From the human T2T-CHM13v2.0 reference genome, Homo sapiens: a DNA stretch of 64,000 nucleotides. How positions within the stretch are numbered: position 1 is the stretch's first letter; every line of letters starts with the position of its first letter. Shown piece by piece: positions 47,004-61,064 of the stretch. The position numbers were made by a program, and so were the translations under genes. The notes beneath the pieces were generated by a model. It searched no databases and had not been told where the DNA came from. It was given only the letters and a program-made list of their open reading frames with translations. The DNA is taken from assembly GCF_009914755.1 (NCBI RefSeq), contig NC_060941.1. The stretch is one strand, 5' to 3'.

Positions 47004-50000
47004 TTAAGGCAGAAATTAAAAAATTGAAGCTAATGGAAATAGAGACTGAACATACCAAAACCTCTGGGATACAGCAACAGTAGTGTTAAGAGGAAAAATT
47101 ATATCATTACATGCCCACATCTAAAAGATAGAAAAAAAATCTCAGATTAACAACCTAACGTCATACTTCAAGGAACTAGGAAAACAAGAACAAGCCAAAC
47201 CCAAAGCTAGAAGAAGAAAAAAATTAACAAAGATCATAGATGAACTAAATGAAATTAGTTCCAAAATAATCATACAAAGGATCAATGAAAGGAAAAGTTG
47301 GTTCTTTGAAAGTATAAACAAAAATTGATAGAACTCTAGCTAGATTAACCAAGAAAAGAAAAGATTCAAACAAACACAATCAGAAATGATAAAGGTGACA
47401 TTACAATTGATACCACAGAAATACAAAAGATCACCAGAGACTACTAGGAACACCTCTGTGTTCCTAGAGAACTTAGAGGAAATGGATAAATTCCTGGAAA
47501 CATACAAACTTCCCAGGTTGAACCAGGAAGAAATAGAATCCTGAATAGACCAATAAGGAGTAATGAAATTGAATCAGTAATGATTAAAAAAAATCTACCA
47601 AGAAAAACAAAGTTCAGAACCAGATGGATTCATAGCTGAATGTTACCAATTGTACAAAGGAGAGCTGGTATGAATCTTATTGAAACTATTCCAAAAAATC
47701 GAGGAGGAGAGATTCCTCCTTAATTCATTCTATGAGATCACCATCATCCTGATATCAAAATCTGGCAAAGAAATAACAAAAAAAGAAAACTATAGGCCAA
47801 TATCCCTGATGAACATAGATGCAAAAATTCTCAACAAAATACTAGCAAACCAAATCCAAAAGCACATCGAAAAGATAATTCACCATAGTACAGTGGATTT
47901 TATTCCAGGGATGCAAGGATAGTTCAACATATGCAAATCAATAAATGTGATTCACCACATAAATAGAATTAAAAATAAAAACAATATGATCATCTGAATA
48001 GATTTAAAAAAGCATTAGATAAAATCCAACATCTCTTCATGATAAAATCCCTAAACAAAATAGGCATTAAAAGAACATATTTCCAAATAATAAGCACCAT
48101 ACATGACAAACCCACGGCCAACATTATACTAAATGGGGAAAAATTGAAAGCATTCCTCTTAAGAACTGGAACAAGACAAGGATGTCCACTCTCACCACTT
48201 CTATTCAACATAGTACTGGAAGTCCTAGCCAAAGTAATCAGGTAAGAAAAAGAAATAAAAGTCATCTGAATTAAAAAAGAGGAAGGCAAATTATTTCTGT
48301 TCAGTGATGACATGATCTTATACCTAGAAAACCCTAAAGACTCTGCCAAAATACTCCTAGACTTGATAAATGACTTCAGTAGTTTCAGATATAAAATTAA
48401 TGTACAGAAATGGTTGCATTTCTATACACCAACAGTGCTTAATCGGAGAACCAAATAAAGAACTCAATCCCATTTACAATAGCCACAAAATAAAAATGTA
48501 TTCCTATACCTAGGAATACATTTAACCAAGAAGGTGAAAAACCACCATAAGGAAAACAGCAAAACACTGATGAAAGAAACTGTAGATGACACAAACAAAT
48601 GGAAAAGCATCCCATGCTCATGAATAGGAAGAATCAATATTATTAAACTAACTATATTGCCCAAAGCAGTCTACAAATTCAACACAATTCGTATCAAATT
48701 GCCAATGTCATTTTTCACAGAACTAGAAAAAACAGTTTTTTTCCTATGGAGCCAAATTTATATGGAGCCAAAAAGGGCTCAAATAGCCAAAGCAATCCTA
48801 AAGCAAAAAGAACAAAATCAGAGGCATCACATTGCCTGACCGCAAACTATACTACAAGTCTGTAGTAACCAAAATAGCATAATGGTACAAAAGTGGACAC
48901 ATAGATCTATGGAACAGACCAGAGAACCCAAAGGTAAAGCCACAGACTTAAACAATAACTGATTTTCAACAAAGTCAACAAAAATAGAAAATAGGGAAAG
49001 AACACCTTAATCAATAAATGGTGCTTGGAAAACTGGCCAGCCTCATGCAGAAGAATGAAACTGGACCCCTATCTTTCACCATATACAAAAATTATAATAA
49101 TACTAAAGATGGATTAAAAACTTGAATGTAAGACATGAAACTATTAAAATCCTGGAAGAAAACCTAGGAAAAATTCTTCTGAACATTGACCTAGGCAAAG
49201 AATTCATGACTAAGACCTCAAAAGCAAATGCAACAAAAACAAAAATAGACAAATGGGACTTAATTAAACTAAAAAGCTTCTGCATAGCAAAAGAAATGAT
49301 TAACAGAATAAACAGATAACCTACCAAATGAGAGATATAATTGCAAACTATGCATCCAACAAAGTACTAATATCCATAATCTATAAGGAACTCAAACAAA
49401 TCAACAAAATCCCTCAGGTAGCCCTACTAAAGAGTGGACAAAGGACATGAACAGACACTACTCAAAAGAAGACATACAAGTGGCCAACAAATATACGAAA
49501 AATGCTCACATCACTAATCATCAGAGAAATGCAAATTAGAACCACCATAGGATACCACCTCACACTGTCAGAATGGCTATTATTAAAAAGTAAGAAAATA
49601 ACTGATGTTGGTGAGGATGCAGAGAAAAAGAACACTTAGACACTGTTAGTGGGAAGATAAATTAGTTCAGCTTCTGTGGTAAATAGTATGGAGATTTCTC
49701 AAGGAATTGAAAATAGAACTACCATTTGCCCAGCAATCCCACTACTGGGCATCTATCCAGAGGAATCATTTTATCAAAAAGACACCTGCACTCATATGTT
49801 ATTGCAGCACTATTCACAATAGCAAAGTCATGGAATCAACCTAAGTGTCCATCAATGGTTGATTGGATAAAGAAAATGTGGTACATATACACACCATGGG
49901 AAACTATGCAGCTGTAAAAAGAATGAAATCATGTCCTTCGCAGCAACATGGATAGAGAGAAAGACCATTATCCTAAGTGAAATAACTCAGAAACAGAAAA

Positions 50001-50404
50001 TCAAATACCACATGTTCTCACTTTTAAGTGGGAGCTGAACCATGGATACATGTGGATATAAAGATTGAAATAATAGAGAGTGAGGACTCCAAAAGCAGGG
50101 AGTGTGGGAGGGGGTGAGGGCTGACAAATAACCTTTTGGGTAAAGTGTGCACTATTTGGGTGATGGGGTCACTAGAAGCCCAAACCTCACCATTATGCAA
50201 TATATCCATGTAACAAACCTGCACGTGTACCCTTCCTGCATCTAAAATAAAATAAAATAACAAAAAAAGGAAATGTGAATTTGTTACAATATGACTGAGA
50301 TGTTAGAAAAAAATTGAGCATAACACAAGTTTTTCCATTTGCTTACAAGTGATTTTATCCATGAAAAACACTAAGTGAATAAGCCATATAAGAATACACA
50401 AAAT

Positions 50405-50753
<349 letters not shown>

Positions 50754-50907
50754 TTATAGAACTGACTGTACCACAATTGGTTCACCTATCAACCACTTGA
50801 CAGACATCTGGGTAATATCTTGAATAAAGTTTGGGGCTATTTTGAATAAAGCTTTATAAACATTTGTGTTGGAAAGGCAGAGGAAGCACACTTAAAGGTC
50901 CCAGTGT

Positions 50908-50927
50908 GGGTGGAGCCTGGACCATGT
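50908..50927 (-). pseudogene. Psi-B exon 2, candidate 5' part
   Basis: tcctcctctatgcAG|AC ATG GTC CAG GCT CCA CCC; joined to 37716 it gives xMVQAPPSCC, with the same spacing as LAADTPTACC of CCL3. Confidence 0.6.
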
Positions 50928-51819
50928 CTGCATAGAGGAGGACGTGGCATTGAGCTCGCTCTTCATTTGTACCCCAAGACCCCTGGCTTCCTCTTGGATT
51001 CAGTGCCACCAAGACCTCCTCTGGATGGCCATTTTCAACTCTATAGTGAGGAGGGAATAATGGGAAAGGGAAAACGTTAATTTCATTTAGAAGCAAAATT
51101 ACAGTGTTCAATACAATTAAGTATGTAATATGTTTTGTTATATTCTTATGAATTTGTTCTTAGTATATGAAGAATATTAACTCTGACATAAGTTGCGTAT
51201 ATCTTTAAAAATTCGGGGAAGTAGAAGTGGATTTTCTATCAAAGTTGCAAAGTTCTGGAGTAATTTGATGAGTAATTATTTTCTTTCATTTTTCAGCATT
51301 AGGCAGTTTCACTGCCCTCTCTCTCTTCCCAGAATTTTCTGTGTAATTTAACAAGATGCTGAATGGGATTTATCTTGCTGCAAAAAGCTATTTTCTTATT
51401 CTAAAAAGACCATAACATACTACCTCCAGGGATAATATTCTCTGGAGATGGCAGGACTAGCCCTAAGTTTCTCCCCATCCTTCCTATCTATAGACGTAAA
51501 GAAAAAAAAAAGAGAGAGAAAAGGGAGGGAGAGGAGAGAATCATAGCCAAGGGCAGGGAGTACTATAGTGCTATAGTAGTCCCAGCTACTTGGGAGAGTG
51601 AGTTGGGAGGATTGCTTGAGCCTGGGTGATTGGGGCTGCAGTGAGAGCCATGATCATAAAATGGTAATGGTATTGGATCACAGCAGAGCTGTGATCTGTG
51701 CTGCTCCCATAAAGGCAAATGAGAGAACTCCAAGGGAAAAGTCTGTAGAGATTGGAGGTGCCATCAAAGAAAGAAGGAGTGTTCTCATCATCTGGTTACA
51801 TTTTACGTAGGCTACTTAT

Positions 51820-51893
51820 TTGTTGATGTGCCCCAGTAGTACCTGGATAGGGGGAAGAAGAAGGGAGAGAGATGGCAAGCAGAGAGTCTTGGC
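51820..51893 (-). pseudogene. Psi-B candidate exon 1 (degenerate signal-peptide exon)
   Basis: AAG ACT CTC...CTC TCC CTT CTT CTT...GTA CTA CTG GGG then ATAAGT (mutated GTAAGT); no ATG; AP-1 TGAGTCA at 51960-51966. Confidence 0.35.
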
Positions 51894-52304
51894 CTGCACT
51901 CTGACCTTTGGCTTGATAAGCAGGAGAAAAGTGAAGATGTGGTAATAGATAGAGGGATTTGAGTCATTTTACTTTGCCCACCCAAGAGGATGACCTGGCT
52001 GATTGGAACCAGAATGCTCACATCATGGAACAGGAAATGTCAGGTTAAATCTGTTCTAGGTGTAATAACACGTTGAGAGGCAGAGATCTGATGGTTAAGA
52101 GCATAGGGTATGGACCCAGGTTTAAATCCCACCACTGCTAATTATAGAGTTATGGGAAATTCTGTAAACTCTCCAGACTCCTGTTTCCCCATCTGCCAAT
52201 TGGGTAACAATGGTATATGCGTCATAGTGATATTTTCAGGAATAAAATGAGCCAATACACGAAAGTTCTTAACTCATATTAACTTCTCTATAAATTTAAG
52301 TCAT

Positions 52305-52603
52305 TTTTTATTTTTTTTCTTGTTTTTTTTTTCCTACTCTGTCACTGAAGCTAGAGTGCAGTAACATGATCACAGCTTACTGCAGTCTTGACCACCTGGG
52401 CTCAAGCGATCCTCCCATCTCAGTCTCTCAAGTAGCTGGGAGTACAGGTGTCCGCCACCATGCCAAGCTAATTTTTAAATTCTTTTATTGAAATGGGATC
52501 CCACTATGTTCCCGGGCTGGTCTTGATGTCCTGGGCTCAAGTGATCCTACTATCTCAGTCTCCCAGAGGGCTGGGATTATAGGCCTGAGACACTGCGCCC
52601 AGC
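52305..52603 (-). mobile_element. Alu (AluJ-like)
   Basis: Diverged reverse dimer. Confidence 0.85.
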
Positions 52604-52956
52604 TTCGTTTTTCTTAAGAAAGCTTGACTTATTTTTTAAAAAAGTAAAGATGCATATGAAGGAAGGTCTTCCTTTTTGGTTCATATAAAGTGCTGATTTT
52701 ATTTTAGGGAATATAAATTATAGTTTAATTTATAACATCATTACTTCAGTTTTGGCTTTCTAGGCTGCTATCTCCATTGTAAGGCCTGACAACATTACCA
52801 GGTAGCATGTCTTCTCTTTTTTCTGTTGTTTCTTACATTTCCAGTTTTCCTCAACTTCCCCCCTCATCCCACCAAACCAATATTCCTAATGTTCAAGACA
52901 GCAATCAACATAATAGCTAGAATTCCATGGCTTACTTTTAAATAAAGGAAAGTATT

Positions 52957-52962
52957 TTTATT
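52957..52962 (-). terminator. Candidate polyA signal of psi-A
   Basis: AATAAA on minus strand ~360 nt after exon 3. Confidence 0.45.
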
Positions 52963-53319
52963 ATATTAGAAACATTACAACATAGTGCAAAGATCAAATA
53001 TTCATTGAAAAATGCATATCCAGAAATTCTGTGGTTGATGAATTTGGTCGAATATCTAGAGAGAGGATTTAGCACAAACATTCAGCACCATCTAGAATCA
53101 CTGTGTACTATGTGGTTTCTTAGAGAAAACATTCAATAAAAACAATTTAAAATTGGAAATACACAATAAAAGTGAAATAAATTAAAATTTAAGTTTGGTT
53201 TGGTTATGGGGGGACTAGACCATAAAGGAGGTAGCTTCTGGGGTTGTAAGTGCTATTCTTCTGGCTCAGCTCCCTGTTCCCCAATCTACTGATGGATTTA
53301 ATTTTTTTTTCTGGGCTAT

Positions 53320-53406
53320 TCAGATTTAGCTCTGGGTTTTGATGTATTCCTGGACTCAGCATCTCTGGGGTTGACACAGACCAGCTGACCTCTTTTAGTC
53401 TGAAAG
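53320..53406 (-). pseudogene. Psi-A exon 3
   Basis: ctttccccatAG|C TTT CAG ACT AAA AGA GGT CAG CTG GTC TGT GTC AAC CCC AGA GAT; reads FQTKRGQLVCVNPRDA/*VQEYI/NPELN. Confidence 0.92.
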
Positions 53407-53816
53407 CTATGGGGAAAGGCAGAAGATTAAGAAGAATCTAGCCAGCTGGGAAATTTCTGGACCCATTGTGGCCCCTCCATCCCTCTTTCTGACTTGTCCT
53501 CTCAGAGTCTCTCTCTTTCTCAGCAATCAGCTCCCATGCCTTAGGGTTCCAGTTTCCCAGAGTATCTCATGAGAATCTCTTCAGTCAGCACCCTCCTGCC
53601 ATCATGTCCTCCCTCTCTCTTCCTCTGCCCCTGGCCAGCCTCTCCTGTCTCCCTGATGACCCTGGACTGTTCAGAAAATACCTCAGAGACTCTTCTGTGC
53701 CTGTGAGGGGCCCAGAGAGCTGGGTATTCCCAGGATGGTGTCCAATCCACCTCCTTACACCCATGGGGGCTGCTCCAGTGTCTCCCCCAGGAATGGGAAG
53801 GAGGAATGGCCCTTAT

Positions 53817-53931
53817 ACAACACTGGGCTTAGAGCACAGGCTGCAGGTTTTATAACAGTCTGCTGCAAAATCTTGAGGGATCTTCTAGGGGGTATAAGGG
53901 AAGCAGCAGGAGGCTGTGGAGTCAACACCAG
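53817..53931 (-). pseudogene. Psi-A exon 2 (115 nt)
   Basis: cttctcctacAG acceptor; SGVDSTASCCFPYTP*KIPQDFAADCYKTCSLCSKPSVV; TAG 53885-53887; donor GTAAG mutated to ATAAG. Confidence 0.95.
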
Positions 53932-54645
53932 CTGTAGGAGAAGGCACAGCAAGAGACTGAGTTATTGAGAAGCCATAGAAAACCAACTTCCCCTCTCCAT
54001 GCCCCCTGCTCTCCCTTTAACCCAAAAAAGATCAGAAGGAACTAGAAGGAACTAGAAGGACACAGCATTTCTTAAGTTGGGGAATTCAGATGAACTGGGA
54101 CACACATGTCTTTCCTACAAATTACTTTGCCTTTGTCTATATCACTCCATTTTTATTTTTATTTTTACTCTTTTAGGGATTTAGCTCACTAAAATGTCTC
54201 ATCTTCCAGTTCATCTCTTTTGGGAGGGAAATTTGTCTGTCCTGTGATATCGCAATACTAAAGAGATGAAGCTGGGATATGTCACATATCACCAATAGGA
54301 CAGGCCTCTACGGAATAGCTGACATGAATTTAGGCTTACATGCACCAGTGGGAAATAAATAGAGCTGCCAGTTACTCTGTGAATTGGGCCTCAATTATCT
54401 TATCAGGAAAGTGGAAATTAGCATCTCCTGCTCCCACTCTCTGAACCACTTGGTGGAATGTGATAGCCTGGACCCTTTTGAAAAAAAGACTTTTTGAAGA
54501 GAATGGCCAGGGCGATTTGAATTCCTGTTTTGAGTGCTCCATTTTCAACTCTGGTGATCTTTATTTTCAGGGCATGTTTGGTGTGGTCTCACCTGGGGCC
54601 AAAAAGGGTAACATCTGAATAAGGCAGAAGAGATGACACTCTCCC

Positions 54646-54723
54646 ACAGTACCAAGGAGGTCTGGGAGCAGAGGACCACAATAGGGGGAGGAGAATGGTG
54701 GAGACAGTTGAAAATGCCTGTGT
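54646..54723 (-). pseudogene. Psi-A exon 1
   Basis: tgcctgcccagcatc (identical to CCL18 60232-60246), then ACA in place of ATG; QAFSTVSTILLP/IVVLCSQTSLVL; donor GTGAG mutated to GGGAG. Confidence 0.88.
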
Positions 54724-54836
54724 GATGCTGGGCAGGCAAGGGATTCTGGGCTTGAGTGTCAGCATAGTTAAGACAAGCAAGCTTGCGTATTTGAAGCTGG
54801 CACCTCCTTCTTGGGTTCAAGCCATTGCCCCTTCTC

Positions 54837-54842
54837 TTTATA
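54837..54842 (-). promoter_or_regulatory. Psi-A TATA box (CTATAAAGAG context)
   Basis: Same context as the CCL18 TATA in this window (ctataaa...agaaggagg). Confidence 0.75.
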
Positions 54843-55002
54843 GAGAGTTCCATTTTGTGGGAAGATAGAAACTGGGGATGATTGGAGGAAAATATTTTAA
54901 TCAGAATGTTAGTGTCATGTTGGGAGTTACATAATTCAGGGGTTGCCAACACCCTTTGGTCAACACAGAAGTTCCAAGTATATGCAAGAATAGCTTACCT
55001 TC

Positions 55003-55320
<318 letters not shown>

Positions 55321-55619
55321 TCAGCTTCTCCATCGAATGGGGACACTTCTGAGAAAATTGCTTGCTCAGTCCATTCAAGTTGTTCTGAAGAAATAATTTC
55401 CTCAGTGAGTGGGTGATCGGGACTTGGTATGGCCACAGGCTCCCTCACAAAAATGGATATATCTGTGAACCATGGGCTGCCTATTTCTCTCCTGTAGAGT
55501 GGAAGGTGCTGATGCTCTTTCACAACTGCTCTAACTATACGGATGTGATATAACTGATGATGTCACAATAGCCTGTCATAAGTAACCTTCACTATCTGGA
55601 TTGTAAGATCCTCTTCTAA

Positions 55620-56410
55620 GACGATATCCTCATTCACACGTCTGGCGCCTGGACTGGGATGTTTGAAGGACAAGCTCTGCTGGAGCTGTCAACTAGAGCC
55701 GTCAACATGCCCTTTCAAGATGGCAGCCTTGAGACTCAAAGATGAGTGTTCCTAGTAAACTAGGGTCATACTTATGGCCTTTTATGACCTAGCCACAGAA
55801 GTCACAGCATGTCTCTTCCACTACAGTCTGTCGGTGAAAACAGCCACAAGCCTGTCCAGATTCAAGGAGAGAGAACCTAGATCTCATCTATCAATGAGAG
55901 GAGTGTCACAGAAATATGGCCGTCTTTAAAAACCACTACAACATTATTTTATCTGTAAATATTTATTTTAGTTTCTATTGCTTCTGTAACAAATTACCAC
56001 AAATGTAGAGGCTTAAAACCACTTGAATTATTCTCTTACAGTTCTGGAGGTCAAAAGTCTGAAATGGGCCTCACTAGGCTAAAACCAAGCTGTTAGTGGG
56101 GTGGCAATTGTTTTTGGAGGCTGTAGGAGAGATTCCAATTTCTTGCCTTTATTGGCTTCTAGAGGCTGCCCACATGGATTGGCTATAGTGGGCAATGGAT
56201 GGTCCAGTTCTTCTCACATTGTGTCAGTCTGATACTGACACTCCCTTATAAGGATCCTTGTGATTATGCTGGGCTTACTCAGATACTCCAGGATATTCTC
56301 CCTATCTCAAAGTCAGGATTAGCAACCTTAATTCCTTCTGGCTGTGTACAGGTCTCAGGGATTAGGATGTGGATATTCTTTTGGGGGAAATGTTATTCTG
56401 ACTACCACAA
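55620..56410 (-). mobile_element. MaLR LTR fragments (MLT1-like)
   Basis: tgtaacaaattaccacaaa...cagttctggaggtcaaaagtctgaaat and ccagattcaagg...aaaccactaca motifs. Confidence 0.65.
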
Positions 56411-57549
56411 TATTTCAGTATGTATCTTTAAAATAAGGATTTTAAAACCCGACACAATCAAAATACCATTACTTATTTGCCATCTGTGTATTCTCCTCAG
56501 TCTATTCATGTTTTTTGTCCATTTTCTAACTGGATGGTACATTTGCTTACTTTCGAGTTTTGAGAATTATTTATATATTCTGAATACAAGTCCTTTGTCA
56601 ATTAAGTGGTTTGCAATTACTTTTTCCCAGTCTGTAGTTTGTCTTTTCATTCTCTTGACAAGGGCTTTTTGAAGAGCAAGATTTTAAAATTTTGATGAAA
56701 TCTAATTTGTTGCTTTTTTCTTTTATGGATTATGCATGCTTTTGGTATCAAATGTGAATTTTTTTTTACCTAGTCCTAGGTCCTAAAATTATTTTTTCTA
56801 TTTATTTTATTGTTATTTTACTTTATTTTTTAAGACAGAGTCTGGTTTTCTCACCCAGGCTGGAGTGCCCTGGCGCAATCTTAGCTCATAGCAACCTCCA
56901 CCTCCTGGGCTCAATTCTTATTTTTTTCTAAATGTCATGTCTTACATAACACACATGTCCCAGTTTATTTGACTTCCCCAACTTTAATGGGAGTTTGAAT
57001 CACCCTGATCATGAAGTCTATGATCCATTTTGAGTAATTTTTGTGGAAGGTGTGAAGTTTACGTTGAGATTTGTTTTTTGGTCTTTGATGTCCAATTGTT
57101 CAGGTACTATTTGTTAAAAAGGCTGTCTTTCCATTATTTTTTCCATAAATGTTTGGTAGAACTTGCTTATGAAACCAGCTAGGTATGAAGATGTTTTCTA
57201 ACCATGGTTTTTAATTATTGATTTAATTCCTTAGTGGAAATGAAACCATTCATATTTTCCATATCTTCTGGTAACACATTCTTGTGTCAATAAATTATAT
57301 TCCTAATAAGGGAGAAAAGGGACTATACTCTAAAGCACTAGCAGAATTTAGCAAGCATGTGTCAGCCTGAGCAGGGGAAGTAGACTTGGGTTTGGATTTT
57401 GAGGGTGCTTGATAAAAGGAGTTGGAATATAAGCCTCGATAAGAGACAACTTACTGACTTGGGAGTATTCTTTCCGGATATAGGCTGTAACCTCTTGAGA
57501 AGGACCCCAGGGGTTGGTACAGATTTGTTGTCAGAAAGGCTCCAGAAGC

Positions 57550-59060
<1,511 letters not shown>

Positions 59061-59159
59061 AAAGTGAAAAACAAATTAACATAATGTATTAGCACAAGGA
59101 TAGGAAAATAAACCATTGGAACAGAACAGAAATTCCAAAAGCAGACCACAAAATCATTG

Positions 59160-59556
59160 AAATCAATAAACCGAGTAAAGCAGATTGCCCTCTCTAATGT
59201 GGTGGGCTTCATTCAATTAGTTGAAGTTCTGAATACAACAAAAAGCCTGACCCTCCTGCCTGTAAGAGGGAATTCCTCTTGCCTGATTGCCTTCACACTG
59301 GGACATAGGTTTTTCTCCTGCCTTTGAACTTAAACTGAAACATCATCTCTTCCTGGGCCTTAAGCCTGCCCATTCTCAGGTCTTTGAACTCAAACTGGGA
59401 CTACACTAGCAGCTCTCCTGGGTCTCCAGCTTGCCAGCTCACCCTGCAGATCTTGGAACTTGTCAGCCTTCATAATTAAATGAGCCAATTCTCTAATTTC
59501 TTATTTTTTATACACACACCATTGGTTCTGTGTCTCTGGGGAATCCTGACTTATAC
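59160..59556 (+). mobile_element. MLT2-like LTR 3' part
   Basis: agtaaagcagattgccctc...attggttctgtgtctctggggaatcctgacttataca. Confidence 0.7.
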
Positions 59557-60144
59557 AATGGTCTTACCAATGAGTTGCCAAGGTCCATTGGGTATTCATG
59601 TGGCAAAAAATAAATCTTGAATCCTTCTTCACACCAAACATAAAAATCAACTCCAGATGGATTGTAATTTAAATATTAATGCTAAAACAATAAAGCTTCT
59701 ACAAGTTAACATAGGAGGATATCTTTATTGCCTTAGGATAGGGGAAGATTTCTCATTAGATCACGAAAGGCCTAACTGTATATAAAAGATTGAAGCATGT
59801 GACTCTCTTAAAAGGAAAAACAATTGTGAAAATCCATTAAAGCATTCTGCTCTATCAAAGGAGGCTGTGACCACTCATTTCTGAGAAATATCTGTCATGT
59901 GAAAACATAATCACATGATTATGCATAATCCTAAGCATAATCCCTGGGTGCTTCCAACTCCTGGTCACCCATCTGGAGATACAACTTCTCCATAAGCCCC
60001 TCAATCAACAAGTGAACCACTCGTTTGTGTACCCTAAACCTTTCAAGTAACCATAGGCAACCCTGGGCTGAGAACTCACATGACACCACCATAGTTAAAA
60101 TGTCTTGCATCAGCACCTCCAATGTTCCCATGGTCCAGTCTGCC

Positions 60145-60151
60145 TATAAAA
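60145..60151 (+). promoter_or_regulatory. CCL18: CCL18 TATA box
   Basis: TATAAAA ~100 nt upstream of ATG. Confidence 0.8.
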
Positions 60152-60246
60152 AGGAGAGACAACAGCTCATACCCCAGAAGGAGGCCAGGAGTTGTGAGTT
60201 TCCAAGCCCCAGCTCACTCTGACCACTTCTCTGCCTGCCCAGCATC

Positions 60247-60313
60247 ATGAAGGGCCTTGCAGCTGCCCTCCTTGTCCTCGTCTGCACCATGGCCCTCTGC
60301 TCCTGTGCACAAG
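60247..60313 (+). CDS. CCL18: CCL18 exon 1 (MKGLAAALLVLVCTMALCSCAQ); remaining exons lie beyond the window
   Basis: gcatcATG start, CCL18 signal peptide, phase-1 GTGAGT donor. Confidence 0.97.
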
Positions 60314-60962
60314 GTGAGTCTGTCATCCATGTGCTTTGATGGCTCCCTGGGCAGAAGTCAGGCGACATCTTCCAAGTGCTGTGGCCTGAAAACCCTCGTG
60401 TGAAATTAGGGATCCTCAAATGGGGTTTCAAAGTGACATCATTGTTTTCTTCAAGAAGGTTGAAAAGCAGTCTATTGATCTGGGCAGCAGGATGGGAGTC
60501 AGAGAAGTTTTATCCTACTGAGATAAATGAGATGGTTGAAGTCTAATTCATTGGGTTATTAGCGTGAGGTAGAATCTAGGTCTATTTAGTTCTCACTGGT
60601 GCTGGTAAGTTTTACAATGACCTCAGCAGTCTCCTAGAGTTCAACCCCTTGGGTAACATAAAAGATGTCTATACTTTTCTCAGCTATCTTGTGATTTAAT
60701 CTATTAGAAAAAAAATTCCCCAAGGAGAGTTAGGAGAAGGGCATAGACTATTCAGGGAGCTTGATTCCCTGTAGCGTAAAATAAAGACTAAAATGGAGAG
60801 ACAAGACTAGGGAAATTAAGGAGAAACAAACAAAAAGCCAGATTATTTCCAGCTTTCTTTTCCTGCAGGCCTCAACTCTGAGCTATGCTGTCTCCCTTTG
60901 CTCCTTTGTGACCCGCCTGGGCTTCTTCTCCTGAGCAACTCCTGTTGTCTTTGTTCCCTCAG

Positions 60963-61064
60963 ATAAGATTCACACCCCATGCATCTGCTGCTTCTCCTAC
61001 ACCTCCCAGTAGATGCACTGCAAATTTTCGGTTGCCTATTATAAAACCAGTGGTGAGCGGTCTT
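60963..61064 (+). pseudogene. CCL18 intron-1 pseudoexon (MIP-1alpha-like exon 2)
   Basis: ttgttccctcAG|AT AAG...; DKIHTPCICCFSYTSQ*MHCKFSVAYYKTSGERS; TAG 61010-61012; truncated by L1M-like sequence. Consistent with the known gene-fusion origin of CCL18. Confidence 0.9.

Noticed and set aside
59879-59887. GAS-like TTCTGAGAA upstream of CCL18
   Set aside because: Short motif that is common by chance; cannot be supported without binding data.
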